Positions 1 through 9,653 of a stretch of 64,000 bases of DNA are shown here, piece after piece (position 1 is the stretch's first letter; each line of letters begins with the position of its first letter). This DNA comes from a virus (lineage: Duplodnaviria > Caudoviricetes): the IMG/VR virus record IMGVR_UViG_3300005805_003857, positions 24,369-88,368 of that record; one strand, given 5' to 3'. The notes beneath the pieces are model-generated. The model worked only from the letters and a program-made list of their open reading frames with translations. It ran no database searches and was not told where the DNA came from. The position numbers and the translations under genes are program-made.

Positions 1-1
1 A

Positions 2-157
2 GATAAAGACGCAGACTTCCCAAGTCGAGGTGCATTAAACATTGATGCTGCCCGTAGAGACTTTGGATACGATCCTAAGGTAGATGTTGAAGAAGGCTTT
101 GAGAAATATTATGAGTGGCTTAGTACATCTAGTTACTGGCAGGATAAAATAAAATGA
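2..157 (+). CDS. C-terminal fragment of NAD-dependent epimerase/dehydratase (gene starts before window)
   Basis: Frame 2 reads DKDADFPSRGALNIDAARRDFGYDPKVDVEEGFEKYYEW..., a typical extended-SDR C-terminus; lies upstream of a DegT aminotransferase. Confidence 0.7.
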   Translation, partial: DKDADFPSRGALNIDAARRDFGYDPKVDVEEGFEKYYEWLSTSSYWQDKIK

Positions 158-363
158 ATGAACTAGCAACTGCATTAAAAACACATGACTGGACTCTAGA
201 TGGATATAAATCTAGAGTAATAGTAGATAAGTTGATGAAAGAAAATCCTGAACAATCAACAGTGTTATGGGAACAATATTGCCCGTGGTCAGTTACTAAC
301 GGCGGCTATATAGAATGGGCAAAAAATGAAAATCACTCACTTCGGTCTAGCAAGGCAATATAA
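154..363 (+). CDS. hypothetical protein (69 aa)
   Basis: ATGA overlap with the upstream stop; operon context. Confidence 0.6.
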   Translation: MNELATALKTHDWTLDGYKSRVIVDKLMKENPEQSTVLWEQYCPWSVTNGGYIEWAKNENHSLRSSKAI

Positions 364-1387
364 GAATATCGGGGAAGAGTTGCTAGATGCAACTCACCGT
401 GCTTTAAAAGACGGACAACTTGTAGGTGGACATTACACTCGTTCGTTTGAAGAATGGTTAAAACACCGCACTAAAACAAAGTATGCTGTCACAGTTCATA
501 GTGGTACACAAGCATTAGAGATTATTGCAAGATATAAGAAAAAGAAACACTTAGAGACATTTAAAAATACTCCCAAAATTCTAATCCCCAATCTAACTTA
601 TCCGGCAACATTGAATTCAATATTAAGTGCAGGGTGGGATGTTGAATTAGTTGACACTGATAAGAATGGTATAATGAATCATGAACCTAGAGTAGGCGGC
701 ATATATGACTGTGTGATGGGCTTTGCTGGTCGTAGACCCTGGCCTGATGTAAGATATGAAGACCGTCACGGTGTAATAGTTGACGGTGCCCAACATTGGT
801 TAGAGGCTGGTGGCAATGTTGGTAGTGGTATGTCAATTAGCTTTGACCCTACAAAGAATCTACCTAGTTCAGGTAACGGTGGTGCTATTGTTACGAATGA
901 CGAACAACTATACTTGTTTGCCGCAACATATAGAGATAACAATAAACCGGCGTTTCATGATGTAGGAACTAACAGTAAGATGAGTGAACAAGATTGTGCT
1001 CAGATATTAGTTAGAGCAAAGTATATAGATGAGTGGCAAAAACGTAGAAGTGAAATAGCAAAGTATTGGTGTGATGAGTTCAGAGACTTACCATTGACTT
1101 GCTTATCTGATACAACGGATCCTCACGCACATCAAAAGTTTGTAATGTACTTACCTGATCGCAATAGCTTACATACTCATTTACTAACTGATGGCATTGA
1201 TAGTAAAGTTCATTATAATTATGTATTGGGGGACCTGCCCACAGCAAAAAATTTATCAAAGCCAGATTTACTAAGTACTAGCGTAATGTTAAGTAGGGGA
1301 GTATTAAGCTTACCAATGTATCCGGAACTAACTGATGAAGAAGTGGACTATATTTCGGATAAAGTAAAATTATTTTTTGATAAATAA
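326..1387 (+). CDS. DegT/DnrJ/EryC1/StrS PLP-dependent sugar aminotransferase
   Basis: SGTQAL, VDGAQ, SFDPTKNL (PLP lysine), GTNSKMSE and LSLPMYPELT motifs. Confidence 0.95.
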   Translation: MKITHFGLARQYKNIGEELLDATHRALKDGQLVGGHYTRSFEEWLKHRTKTKYAVTVHSGTQALEIIARYKKKKHLETFKNTPKILIPNLTYPATLNSILSAGWDVELVDTDKNGIMNHEPRVGGIYDCVMGFAGRRPWPDVRYEDRHGVIVDGAQHWLEAGGNVGSGMSISFDPTKNLPSSGNGGAIVTNDEQLYLFAATYRDNNKPAFHDVGTNSKMSEQDCAQILVRAKYIDEWQKRRSEIAKYWCDEFRDLPLTCLSDTTDPHAHQKFVMYLPDRNSLHTHLLTDGIDSKVHYNYVLGDLPTAKNLSKPDLLSTSVMLSRGVLSLPMYPELTDEEVDYISDKVKLFFDK

Positions 1388-1895
1388 CTTTATGTGGATA
1401 CTATCAATATTACCAGAAGCTGCAATACATATAATCTTTGGATTAGGTATTTTGGGCACAATCGCAGGATTCGTCCTAGGATTCATTCCTTTTGTTAAAA
1501 CCTATAAACTAGCAATACAAATAATTAGCTTACTTGTATTAGTTTTTGGTGTATATCTAGAGGGAGGTCTAGCTGACTATAAAGAGTGGGAACTCAGAGT
1601 CAAAGAGATGGAAGCTAAAGTTGCAAAAGCTGAAGCTGAATCTGCAAACAAGAATGTAGAAATACAGGACAAGATTGTAGAAAAGACTAAAGTTGTCCGT
1701 GAAAAAGGTCGTGACATTATCAAGTATGTTGATAAATGGAATACAAAAGAAATAATTAAAGAAGTAGAAGGTCCTGAGAGAATTAGGAGAGAAGAAGTTA
1801 TCAAGTACATTGAAAACTGCCCTGTACCTAAAGAATTCATAGATTTACACAATCAGGCCGCTGAGTTAAATAAGGCTGCGGAGGCAAAGAAATGA
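1377..1895 (+). CDS. inner-membrane spanin (Rz-like)
   Basis: N-terminal TM helices then a charged coiled coil; overlaps a downstream lipoprotein gene. Confidence 0.7.
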   Translation: MINNFMWILSILPEAAIHIIFGLGILGTIAGFVLGFIPFVKTYKLAIQIISLLVLVFGVYLEGGLADYKEWELRVKEMEAKVAKAEAESANKNVEIQDKIVEKTKVVREKGRDIIKYVDKWNTKEIIKEVEGPERIRREEVIKYIENCPVPKEFIDLHNQAAELNKAAEAKK

Positions 1896-2158
1896 AATAT
1901 CTATTAATTTCATTGTTGTTTATTGCAGGTTGTTCTACTACAGTTCCTGTCACTCAAAAGTTTCCTAATGCTACTTCTGAACTTATGAAGAAGTGTGAAG
2001 ACCTCAAGAAAATTGAGGGTAACACCGTGGCAATTACTGAGATGTTAAAAGTAATTGTTCATAACTATACATTGTATTGGGAATGCAGTGCTAAAGTAGA
2101 TGGATGGCAAGACTGGTATAATGCACAAAAGAAAATTTACGATAGTATCGCAAAATAG
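1892..2158 (+). CDS. outer-membrane spanin lipoprotein (Rz1-like)
   Basis: Signal peptide with lipobox IAGC, Pro/Cys-containing short body; ATGA overlap with i-spanin. Confidence 0.7.
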   Translation: MKYLLISLLFIAGCSTTVPVTQKFPNATSELMKKCEDLKKIEGNTVAITEMLKVIVHNYTLYWECSAKVDGWQDWYNAQKKIYDSIAK

Positions 2159-2243
2159 TAGCATATTATTAGTATTGTGTGCTATCATATAGCAACCTAA
2201 CAGTTGGCTTGATAATAGATAAATACTGTATCTAGGGATTTTT

Positions 2244-3080
2244 ATGACACAGCAAATCATTGATACAGGCGAAGTGCCAAACGACGGTACCGGTGACCCG
2301 TTACGCCAAGCCTTTGATAAGATTAACAACAATTTTGCAAACTTGTTTGCACTAGCCCCCACCGCTAGTGTTGAGTTGATTGACCCTAATCAATTCCCTG
2401 AAGGTGACTCAAACACTACTAGTTCAAGTTTCTCTGGCAATATTACTATTAATGCCAACAATATCTATTTAGGTTCACAGTTATCTACTATACAATCAGA
2501 TCCTACTGCGTCAATGTTAACATTTACGCAACCAATTGGACCTTACTATAATCAAGAATATATCAATGTAGGTGCTACACCAAACGACGGGACCGGTGAC
2601 CCACTACGCACTGCGTTTGAGAAGATTAACAATAACTTCAGTAACTTGTTCTATGTTGGAACTGTTACATCTAGCACTTACAGTATTGGACTAACACCTA
2701 ATCAAGTTATCTTTGAAACTTCTGCTAACATGTTTTCACAAGCAAGTTTTCAAATTAGATCCAGTGATACAGGAACCCCTGATAGCCAAGATATCACGAT
2801 TACTGCACAAATATCTAATGACAGTGCGAATGTAAAGTATACAGGTTACGGAACTACTTTCTTTGGTAATGCATTGACACGCTACAACATGGATGTATTT
2901 GATGGTAATGTTCGTCTAATGGTTAATCCTATAGTAGACCAAGTATTACTACACTTTATTTCTGCACAAATAACATTTATTGGTGATACTGAAAATGGTT
3001 TAAATATTGCATTAGATGGATATACTGATTCAGTGATGGATACTGAAGATGAATTTGAACTTACCACTGAAGCAAGTTAA
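2244..3080 (+). CDS. baseplate/fibre-associated virion protein with two T4 gp9/gp10-like N-terminal motifs
   Basis: IDTGEVPNDGTGDPLRQAFDKINNNF and INVGATPNDGTGDPLRTAFEKINNNF; late promoter ATAAATA at 2219. Confidence 0.75.
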   Translation: MTQQIIDTGEVPNDGTGDPLRQAFDKINNNFANLFALAPTASVELIDPNQFPEGDSNTTSSSFSGNITINANNIYLGSQLSTIQSDPTASMLTFTQPIGPYYNQEYINVGATPNDGTGDPLRTAFEKINNNFSNLFYVGTVTSSTYSIGLTPNQVIFETSANMFSQASFQIRSSDTGTPDSQDITITAQISNDSANVKYTGYGTTFFGNALTRYNMDVFDGNVRLMVNPIVDQVLLHFISAQITFIGDTENGLNIALDGYTDSVMDTEDEFELTTEAS

Positions 3081-3081
3081 T

Positions 3082-3486
3082 ATGAGAGCTAAAGAATTTA
3101 TTGTTGAACAAAAATTAGATGATGTGCATGATGGATTAGACATAGCAGATAAGTCACTTCCTAATACTTATATTATACCCTCATTACAAAATCAAGATTT
3201 TTATGAGTTATATAGATTTGGTGTAGCAATTGCAGCCGTAAGAGGTGAGAGTGGAATTAAAGACGGAGTCCAAAATGGCAATGAACCAGAGTTTAGAGCA
3301 TCTAGTAGTTGGGGTGAAAATCAAATTGTTAGTTCGATGGATTCTGGTGTAGGTGAATTAATTGATAAAGCATTGGCTAAAATAGGTAAGTCTGGTAAAA
3401 AATCAGTCAGTAGCCCTAGTAGTGATGAGATGGATGATACACTAACACAATCACCTGTAAGAGCCTTTAAAGGATATAAAAGATAA
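3082..3486 (+). CDS. putative internal head protein (CTS-like N-terminus MRAKEFIVE)
   Basis: ATG at 3082; N-terminus resembles the T4 IP capsid-targeting sequence; C-terminal motif shared with next gene. Confidence 0.55.
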   Translation: MRAKEFIVEQKLDDVHDGLDIADKSLPNTYIIPSLQNQDFYELYRFGVAIAAVRGESGIKDGVQNGNEPEFRASSSWGENQIVSSMDSGVGELIDKALAKIGKSGKKSVSSPSSDEMDDTLTQSPVRAFKGYKR

Positions 3487-3863
3487 TGAGAGCAAGTGAA
3501 TTTATATCCGAAGCTAGGGTTGGTAAAATATCTAAACAGCAACAACAATCTACCCGCGGTTTAAATATTTTTTCAAAGAAAATAGACAGCTATGATAGAC
3601 AATATGATTTAAATCGTTTAATGATGGCTGTAGCAAGTAGCGATGGAATAAACCCAATCAACATGCCTGCAGAAAGTTGGGTAGGTAAACACAACACTGC
3701 ACATCCTTACACTAAAGAAGAACAAGATATGCTTAAGTTAGCATATAAAGCTGCCGGTTTAGAATATATAGATGTAAATAATGGCGATATGGATAGTGAA
3801 GAACTATCTGATACAAATGCTCAAAGCATAGTTAAACCTTTCAAGGGTTACAAAAGAAAATAA
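3486..3863 (+). CDS. putative internal head protein, paralog of upstream gene (MRASEFISE)
   Basis: Same N-terminal pattern and C-terminal (R/K)(A/P)FKGYKR motif. Confidence 0.55.
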   Translation: MRASEFISEARVGKISKQQQQSTRGLNIFSKKIDSYDRQYDLNRLMMAVASSDGINPINMPAESWVGKHNTAHPYTKEEQDMLKLAYKAAGLEYIDVNNGDMDSEELSDTNAQSIVKPFKGYKRK

Positions 3864-3915
3864 TTTTACTGTCAGTTTTGAGAATAAGTAATTATATCAA
3901 ATTACAGGAATCTCA

Positions 3916-4605
3916 ATGATTGACATTAACAACACCCTCGACTTAATCAAATTAAAATTCTACAATGAATGGTTGTATACTGCTCATATCTATGATGAGG
4001 GCAATAGTCCGATGCATGAAAATCTCACTAAACAGGTTATTACAAAATACATAGATCCGCTAAATTTACCCAAAGATGCTAAAATCTTAGATTTGGGTTG
4101 TGGCCCTGGCTATTTCTTAGATGGAATGAAAGAGCGTGAATATACAAATGTTACCGGAGTTACATTAAGTCCTGGCGACATTCAAATCTGTGAAAGTAAG
4201 GGTCATAAAATTGCAAAATATGATTTGAGTTTTATCCCACAAAAAGACGGATATTTTGATGAAAGCGTTGACTTCATTTTCTTACGTCACGCATTAGAAC
4301 ATAGCCCATATCCTATCTTTAGTTTGATGGAATACAATCGTCTATTGAAACAAGGTGGCAAACTTTACATTGAAGTTCCTGCTCCCGATTGCGACCGTAG
4401 ACACGAATGGAATCTAAATCACTATAGCATTCTAGGACAAAATCAATTGGCAGCATTGATAACACGATGTGGTTTTAATATTGATGTGTTCAATAATCTA
4501 GAGTTTGATATTCAAGGTAAAAATGAGCAAGGTGAGGATTATGTAGCAAAAGAGAAGTTCTACTGTATTATGGTCACTAAAGCTAGACCATTGGATATTA
4601 AATAA
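3916..4605 (+). CDS. class I SAM-dependent methyltransferase
   Basis: ILDLGCGPG motif I; VDFIFLRHALEH; RLLKQGGKLYIEVP. Confidence 0.9.
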   Translation: MIDINNTLDLIKLKFYNEWLYTAHIYDEGNSPMHENLTKQVITKYIDPLNLPKDAKILDLGCGPGYFLDGMKEREYTNVTGVTLSPGDIQICESKGHKIAKYDLSFIPQKDGYFDESVDFIFLRHALEHSPYPIFSLMEYNRLLKQGGKLYIEVPAPDCDRRHEWNLNHYSILGQNQLAALITRCGFNIDVFNNLEFDIQGKNEQGEDYVAKEKFYCIMVTKARPLDIK

Positions 4606-4614
4606 ATTAAGATA

Positions 4615-4642
4615 AATACTCACTGAAAGTGAGTATTTTTTT
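4615..4642 (+). terminator. intrinsic terminator overlapping a late promoter (ATAAATA 4612-4618)
   Basis: aatactcac-tgaaa-gtgagtatt hairpin plus T-run. Confidence 0.7.
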
Positions 4643-6118
4643 ATGGCTACACCAGATCCAGCAAACGTTGCACCGTGGTATTTACGCAACATTAACCAAG
4701 CATTAGCACTAGACGAAACGTCCGGAAACGTCTATGTACGCACGGATGTACAGATTGCAAATGCCAATATTACAGTGGGTGATGTTGGTATTGTAAGTTT
4801 TGGTAATGTTGATATATCAGGTAATGCATTACCGATTACCGGTAACATTACGATTGATCCTGGCCAGACAATAGAAGTTACACAAGGAACTGATCCGTGG
4901 GTCGTATCAGGAAACGTCAATGCTACAATAACAGGTGGTAACTCAAATGTAGCAATCACTGGAACTAACCTAGATGCATTTGGACGTTTAAGAATAAGTG
5001 AACCCTATACATTGTTTGACAGCCAAAATCGTTACATTGACGGTGACCAATTTAGTAGTATCACTGCTACGGGTGGCAATGTAGTTTATGTTCAAAACGA
5101 AAGTTCATTTAATTTAAATGTTTCTTCCGCTAGTGGTAGTAGTGTAATTAGACAATCTAAGACAGTTCAAGCATATCAACCAGGCAAAAGTTTATTAACA
5201 ATGAACACATTTGCAATGGCTACTCTTAAAGCGAACCTAAGACAACGAGTTGGTTATTTTACAACTGACAATGGTGTTTATTTTGAAGCAGTAGGTACTA
5301 CACTTAATCTTGTTATTCGTAGTAGCACAACCGGAGTAGTAGTTGAAGAAAGAATTCCACAAGCTAATTGGAATGGAAATACCTTATTGTCCGGTATTGT
5401 GTTAGATCCGACATTGACACAAATATTTTGGTGTGACATTGAATGGTTGGGCGTAGGTAATGTTCGTGCAGGTTTTGTAATCAACGGTCAATTTATTGTA
5501 TGTCATACATTCCAACACGCTAATCAGCCTGGAAACACGACTGTTTATATGACAACTGCATCATTGAATCCAAGATATGAAATAACAAATACCGGTGCAA
5601 CAACTGGTAATAGCACAATGAAACAAATTTGTAGCACTGTTATCAGTGAAGGCGGCTATACACCAAGCACTACAATTGGATATGTTACTAACAATACAGT
5701 TCCTACAAGAGTAGGTTCGGCAAACACTGTAATCTCATTATGTTCAATAAGATTAAATCCTGCATACCCGGACGCGGTCGTGGTTCCTGCTCAACTTGAT
5801 TTGTTATCACTTGATGTTCGGTATGGTCAGTTTCAATTAATTGAAAACGCAACTATTGCAAATGCCTCATTTAGCAATGTGGCAGGATCAGTAGTTCAAA
5901 GTGCTATACACACTGATACTATAACAGACGGTAAAGTTGTTTATGCAGGATTATCTAGTAGCCGTGATGAAGTAGAAATTAGTGAAGATGTTAAGAAACG
6001 AATTCAATTATGGAGATATGCTAATGGTGCACCTAGTACACTAACACTTGCTGTAGCGTACACAGCTAGCAATGCAGATTTGTTGTGGAAAATGGGCTGG
6101 GAAGAACTTACTAATTAA
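4643..6118 (+). CDS. virion structural protein (beta-rich, uncharacterised)
   Basis: Late promoter; LDAFGRLRISEPYTLFDSQ motif recalled from large myophage structural proteins; T/S/G/N-rich. Confidence 0.6.
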   Translation: MATPDPANVAPWYLRNINQALALDETSGNVYVRTDVQIANANITVGDVGIVSFGNVDISGNALPITGNITIDPGQTIEVTQGTDPWVVSGNVNATITGGNSNVAITGTNLDAFGRLRISEPYTLFDSQNRYIDGDQFSSITATGGNVVYVQNESSFNLNVSSASGSSVIRQSKTVQAYQPGKSLLTMNTFAMATLKANLRQRVGYFTTDNGVYFEAVGTTLNLVIRSSTTGVVVEERIPQANWNGNTLLSGIVLDPTLTQIFWCDIEWLGVGNVRAGFVINGQFIVCHTFQHANQPGNTTVYMTTASLNPRYEITNTGATTGNSTMKQICSTVISEGGYTPSTTIGYVTNNTVPTRVGSANTVISLCSIRLNPAYPDAVVVPAQLDLLSLDVRYGQFQLIENATIANASFSNVAGSVVQSAIHTDTITDGKVVYAGLSSSRDEVEISEDVKKRIQLWRYANGAPSTLTLAVAYTASNADLLWKMGWEELTN

Positions 6119-6142
6119 GTTTTTGGCACATAAATACTCACT

Positions 6143-7690
6143 ATGAGTAACGCACCTTCACTAGTAAAAAATCCTTATACTAAAACAGTTTTCAAAACTG
6201 ATAAAGAACTACAGGATTTCATCAAATGCTGTGATCCAGATACAGGTTATCTATATTTTATGGATAACTTCTTTATGATTCAGCACCCTACTAAAGGTAG
6301 TATGGTCTATCATCCTTGGCCCTATCAAAAACGATTAATTGAAACATATCACAACTATCGTTACTCTATTAGCTTGATGCCTCGACAATCAGGTAAGTCA
6401 ACTTCAGCCGCAGGATACTTACTCTGGTACGCTATGTTTGTGCCAGACAGTACTATATTAGTTGCGGCACACAAATATACAGGTGCTCAGGAGATTATGC
6501 AACGTATTCGTTACGCATATGAAAACTGTCCCGATTACATTAAAGCAGGTGTTACCACATACAATAAAGGTTCATTAGACTTTGAGAATGGTAGCCGTAT
6601 TGTTAGTGCTACTACAACTGAAAACACAGGTCGTGGTATGTCTATCACACTATTATACCTAGATGAGTTCGCATTCGTTAGACCAAGTATCGCTAAAGAA
6701 TTCTGGACAGCTATTACTCCTACATTGTCAACTGGTGGTAAAGCAATTATCACAAGTACACCAAATAGTGATGAGGATCAATTTGCGTTCATCTGGAAAG
6801 GTGCTAACAAGACTGAAGATGATTTTGGTAACACTACTGAAGTAGGAGTTAACGGGTTCAGAGCGTATAGAGCACATTGGAGTGAACAGCCCGGTAGAGA
6901 TGATAAGTGGGCGGCTGAGATGAAGTCACAGCTTGGTGATGATCGTTTCAACCGAGAGATTGGTTGTGAGTTCATTATCGCTGACGAAACACTAATTAAT
7001 CCAAACACCTTAATTGCCATGGAAGGCATTGAACCTGTTAGTCGTATAGGACAAGTTCGTTGGTATGATAAGCCTACTAAAGGTAACTTATATTGTGTAG
7101 GGTTAGATCCAAGTCTTGGTACAGGTGGTGACCCAGCCGCTATTCAAATATTTGAAGCAAACACAACTAAACAGATAGGTGAATGGAAGCATAATAAAAC
7201 TGATATCCCGAGTCAAATTAAACTTTTGTCTCAGATTAACAAGTACATAGCTGAATGTACCGGCGAACCTAACAACATCTATTACAGTATTGAGTGTAAT
7301 GGAATCGGTGAGGCCGCTATCGTATCATTAAACGAATACGGAGAATCAGGTATCCCGGGAATCTTTATCAGTGAGACAGGTAAAGGTCGTAGAGGATTCA
7401 ATACGACAAATAAGAGTAAACTAGCAAGTTGTGCCAAGTTCAAAACGTTAGTTGAAAGCAAGAAAATGACCATAAATAGTCGTAGTCTTATCAGTGAATT
7501 GAAAGCGTTTGTAGCACACGGTGGCAGTTATGCGGCTAAAATTGGTGATACAGATGACTTGATTATGGCTAGCTTGTTAGTAACACGTATGCTACAGCAA
7601 TTAAGTGACTATCACTTTGATTTAGAGAATCAGATACGTGACCACGATGAATTTGTCGCCCCTTTACCGTTCTTTGCGGTCATGAGCTAA
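6143..7690 (+). CDS. terL: terminase large subunit (T4 gp17-like)
   Basis: Walker A PRQSGKS, Walker B LYLDEFAF, ITSTPN, nuclease GLDPSLG and DDLIMA motifs. Confidence 0.95.
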   Translation: MSNAPSLVKNPYTKTVFKTDKELQDFIKCCDPDTGYLYFMDNFFMIQHPTKGSMVYHPWPYQKRLIETYHNYRYSISLMPRQSGKSTSAAGYLLWYAMFVPDSTILVAAHKYTGAQEIMQRIRYAYENCPDYIKAGVTTYNKGSLDFENGSRIVSATTTENTGRGMSITLLYLDEFAFVRPSIAKEFWTAITPTLSTGGKAIITSTPNSDEDQFAFIWKGANKTEDDFGNTTEVGVNGFRAYRAHWSEQPGRDDKWAAEMKSQLGDDRFNREIGCEFIIADETLINPNTLIAMEGIEPVSRIGQVRWYDKPTKGNLYCVGLDPSLGTGGDPAAIQIFEANTTKQIGEWKHNKTDIPSQIKLLSQINKYIAECTGEPNNIYYSIECNGIGEAAIVSLNEYGESGIPGIFISETGKGRRGFNTTNKSKLASCAKFKTLVESKKMTINSRSLISELKAFVAHGGSYAAKIGDTDDLIMASLLVTRMLQQLSDYHFDLENQIRDHDEFVAPLPFFAVMS

Positions 7691-7712
7691 GAGGTAAAAG
7701 ATAAATACTATT

Positions 7713-9653
7713 ATGCCAAAAAATACAGAATCATTAAACCGCACCTTATTTGAGTTATTGCATAGCAAGGGCCTAGATCCTACTATGCTAGATACTTCAG
7801 GTAAGGAAATTCCAACACCAGAAGAAGCAGAAGTCTTTCAATTTAACTTTGTCAAAGACGGAGAAGACTATGGAACAGTCACTATTTCTATTGACGGTCT
7901 ACACAAGTTAACAATCTATTTTAGTGATGAGGTTGCTAATAGTGAGAAAGAAGAATCAGAGTCTGATGACGTATCTTGGTATAAGTTACTAAATCAATTG
8001 AAGAAGTTTTCACAAAAATATCAATTGAGTTTTGAATTACGTAATGTAAGCAACTTAAAGCACGACATGGCAAAGAGGGAATATATGAAGAAAAAAGAAT
8101 CAATCGCAGAAGGTTACTACCCAATGGGTAAAAAAGCAAGTTACAGTGATGCTGTACCTAGCGTAAAGATTGTGTTACAACATAGTCGCCAAATCGAAGA
8201 AGGTGAGCAACGTTATCGTAATGTTGAACGAATCTTCCTAGAGAATGAACAAGGTGAAAGATTCCTAGCACCAACTACAAGACCCGGCATTGCACGTGTA
8301 TATGCTAGACACATTGCAGAAGGTGGTAAGCCACATGATGATCGTTGGAATCATATTGGTAGCTTGTGTGAAGAATACAGTAAGATGGCAGGATTTGTTC
8401 GTGCTACTCGTAATGGGCAATTTACAGAATCAACACAGAAATTGATTGCTGAAGGTATTAATCATTATCAAGCATTGCGTGAGAGTTTAGGTAAACTAGC
8501 TGGTCATCGTGGTTACAATGCATACTTTGAAAGTTGGACTCCTCCATTAATGGAAGATGACAGCGACATGAGCAATATCAATGAATTGTTTGTACAAGAA
8601 ACAGTTGATCCACGTATTGAATCAGTAATGCCTATCTTATCTAAACTACAGAAGAAGATTTCTGAAATGTCAGAAGTTAATGAGTTGAGTGAGTGGGCAG
8701 ATAAGTTAATTGAAGGCGATGAAGATATTGAAGATAACGAAGCATCTGATGATATCGACAATGCCGAATCAGAGTTAACAGAAGAAGAAAGTCTAACAAG
8801 CAACAACCCACAAGGTGTACCTGAAGGCGTAGAAGAATTACCTCAAGATGCATTAGATTTAATTGATGAATATATTGCTAAGATTGAACCTGATGCAGAC
8901 CGTGACGAAATGATACAAAGTCTATTAAGAGGGACTATTCATTCGTCTGAGTTAGAATATGCGTTACAAGACGATTTAGATGAAGGCATACTAGACACGA
9001 TTAAGAGTGGTATCAAGAAAGTTGGCGGCAAGATACTAGATAAAATAGGTCACGGTAGTGACGAAGATTTATTAAGAGACTTAAAAGATAAAGCAGGAGT
9101 TCGCAATCCACAAAATGGTAAGCCAAGTATGGCATACAGTGACGTTGAGAAGCGTACTGATGAAGTTGACATGGGTCAAGCCGACAGTTCATTAAGAAAT
9201 GAACCAAAACAAGATAATGGTAAAATGGATCACTTCACTGCGTTAGGCAAAGCATCAAATAAAATGGGACACGACCATTATATGGATGTACCTGATGACA
9301 AACTTGAAGCACTTAGAGCAATGGTTAAGAGATTTAGAGCCGGTGAAGAAGTTGATGAAAGCGCACTACAAGCATACTTAGGCGACAAGAAGTATGGCAA
9401 AAAAGGTATGGATAAATTACGCAAAGCTGGACAAGAAGATGCTAGCGAAAAAACAATGCAAAACATTCGTGCTGAGTATAGTAGTAAAGAAGAACCTGTA
9501 ACAGAAGATGAATTTGCCGGTGACTATGCTACAGGCGAAGCAGGTCAATGGCGTAACAAAGGTCCTAAAGCTAATAAGCCAGCAACGATCGGTGACTTAG
9601 TTGGTGAAGGCCAAGAAGACCTAGATACTATCAAAAGATTGTTGAGAAGATAA
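7713..9653 (+). CDS. large acidic putative head-internal/scaffold protein
   Basis: Late promoter at 7701; D/E-rich C-terminal half with many hydrophobic-x-E motifs. Confidence 0.5.
   Translation: MPKNTESLNRTLFELLHSKGLDPTMLDTSGKEIPTPEEAEVFQFNFVKDGEDYGTVTISIDGLHKLTIYFSDEVANSEKEESESDDVSWYKLLNQLKKFSQKYQLSFELRNVSNLKHDMAKREYMKKKESIAEGYYPMGKKASYSDAVPSVKIVLQHSRQIEEGEQRYRNVERIFLENEQGERFLAPTTRPGIARVYARHIAEGGKPHDDRWNHIGSLCEEYSKMAGFVRATRNGQFTESTQKLIAEGINHYQALRESLGKLAGHRGYNAYFESWTPPLMEDDSDMSNINELFVQETVDPRIESVMPILSKLQKKISEMSEVNELSEWADKLIEGDEDIEDNEASDDIDNAESELTEEESLTSNNPQGVPEGVEELPQDALDLIDEYIAKIEPDADRDEMIQSLLRGTIHSSELEYALQDDLDEGILDTIKSGIKKVGGKILDKIGHGSDEDLLRDLKDKAGVRNPQNGKPSMAYSDVEKRTDEVDMGQADSSLRNEPKQDNGKMDHFTALGKASNKMGHDHYMDVPDDKLEALRAMVKRFRAGEEVDESALQAYLGDKKYGKKGMDKLRKAGQEDASEKTMQNIRAEYSSKEEPVTEDEFAGDYATGEAGQWRNKGPKANKPATIGDLVGEGQEDLDTIKRLLRR

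Noticed and set aside
2140-2220. Hydrophobic frame SQNSSILLVLCAII* resembling a decayed lipoprotein signal
   Set aside because: No start codon and too short to support without comparative data
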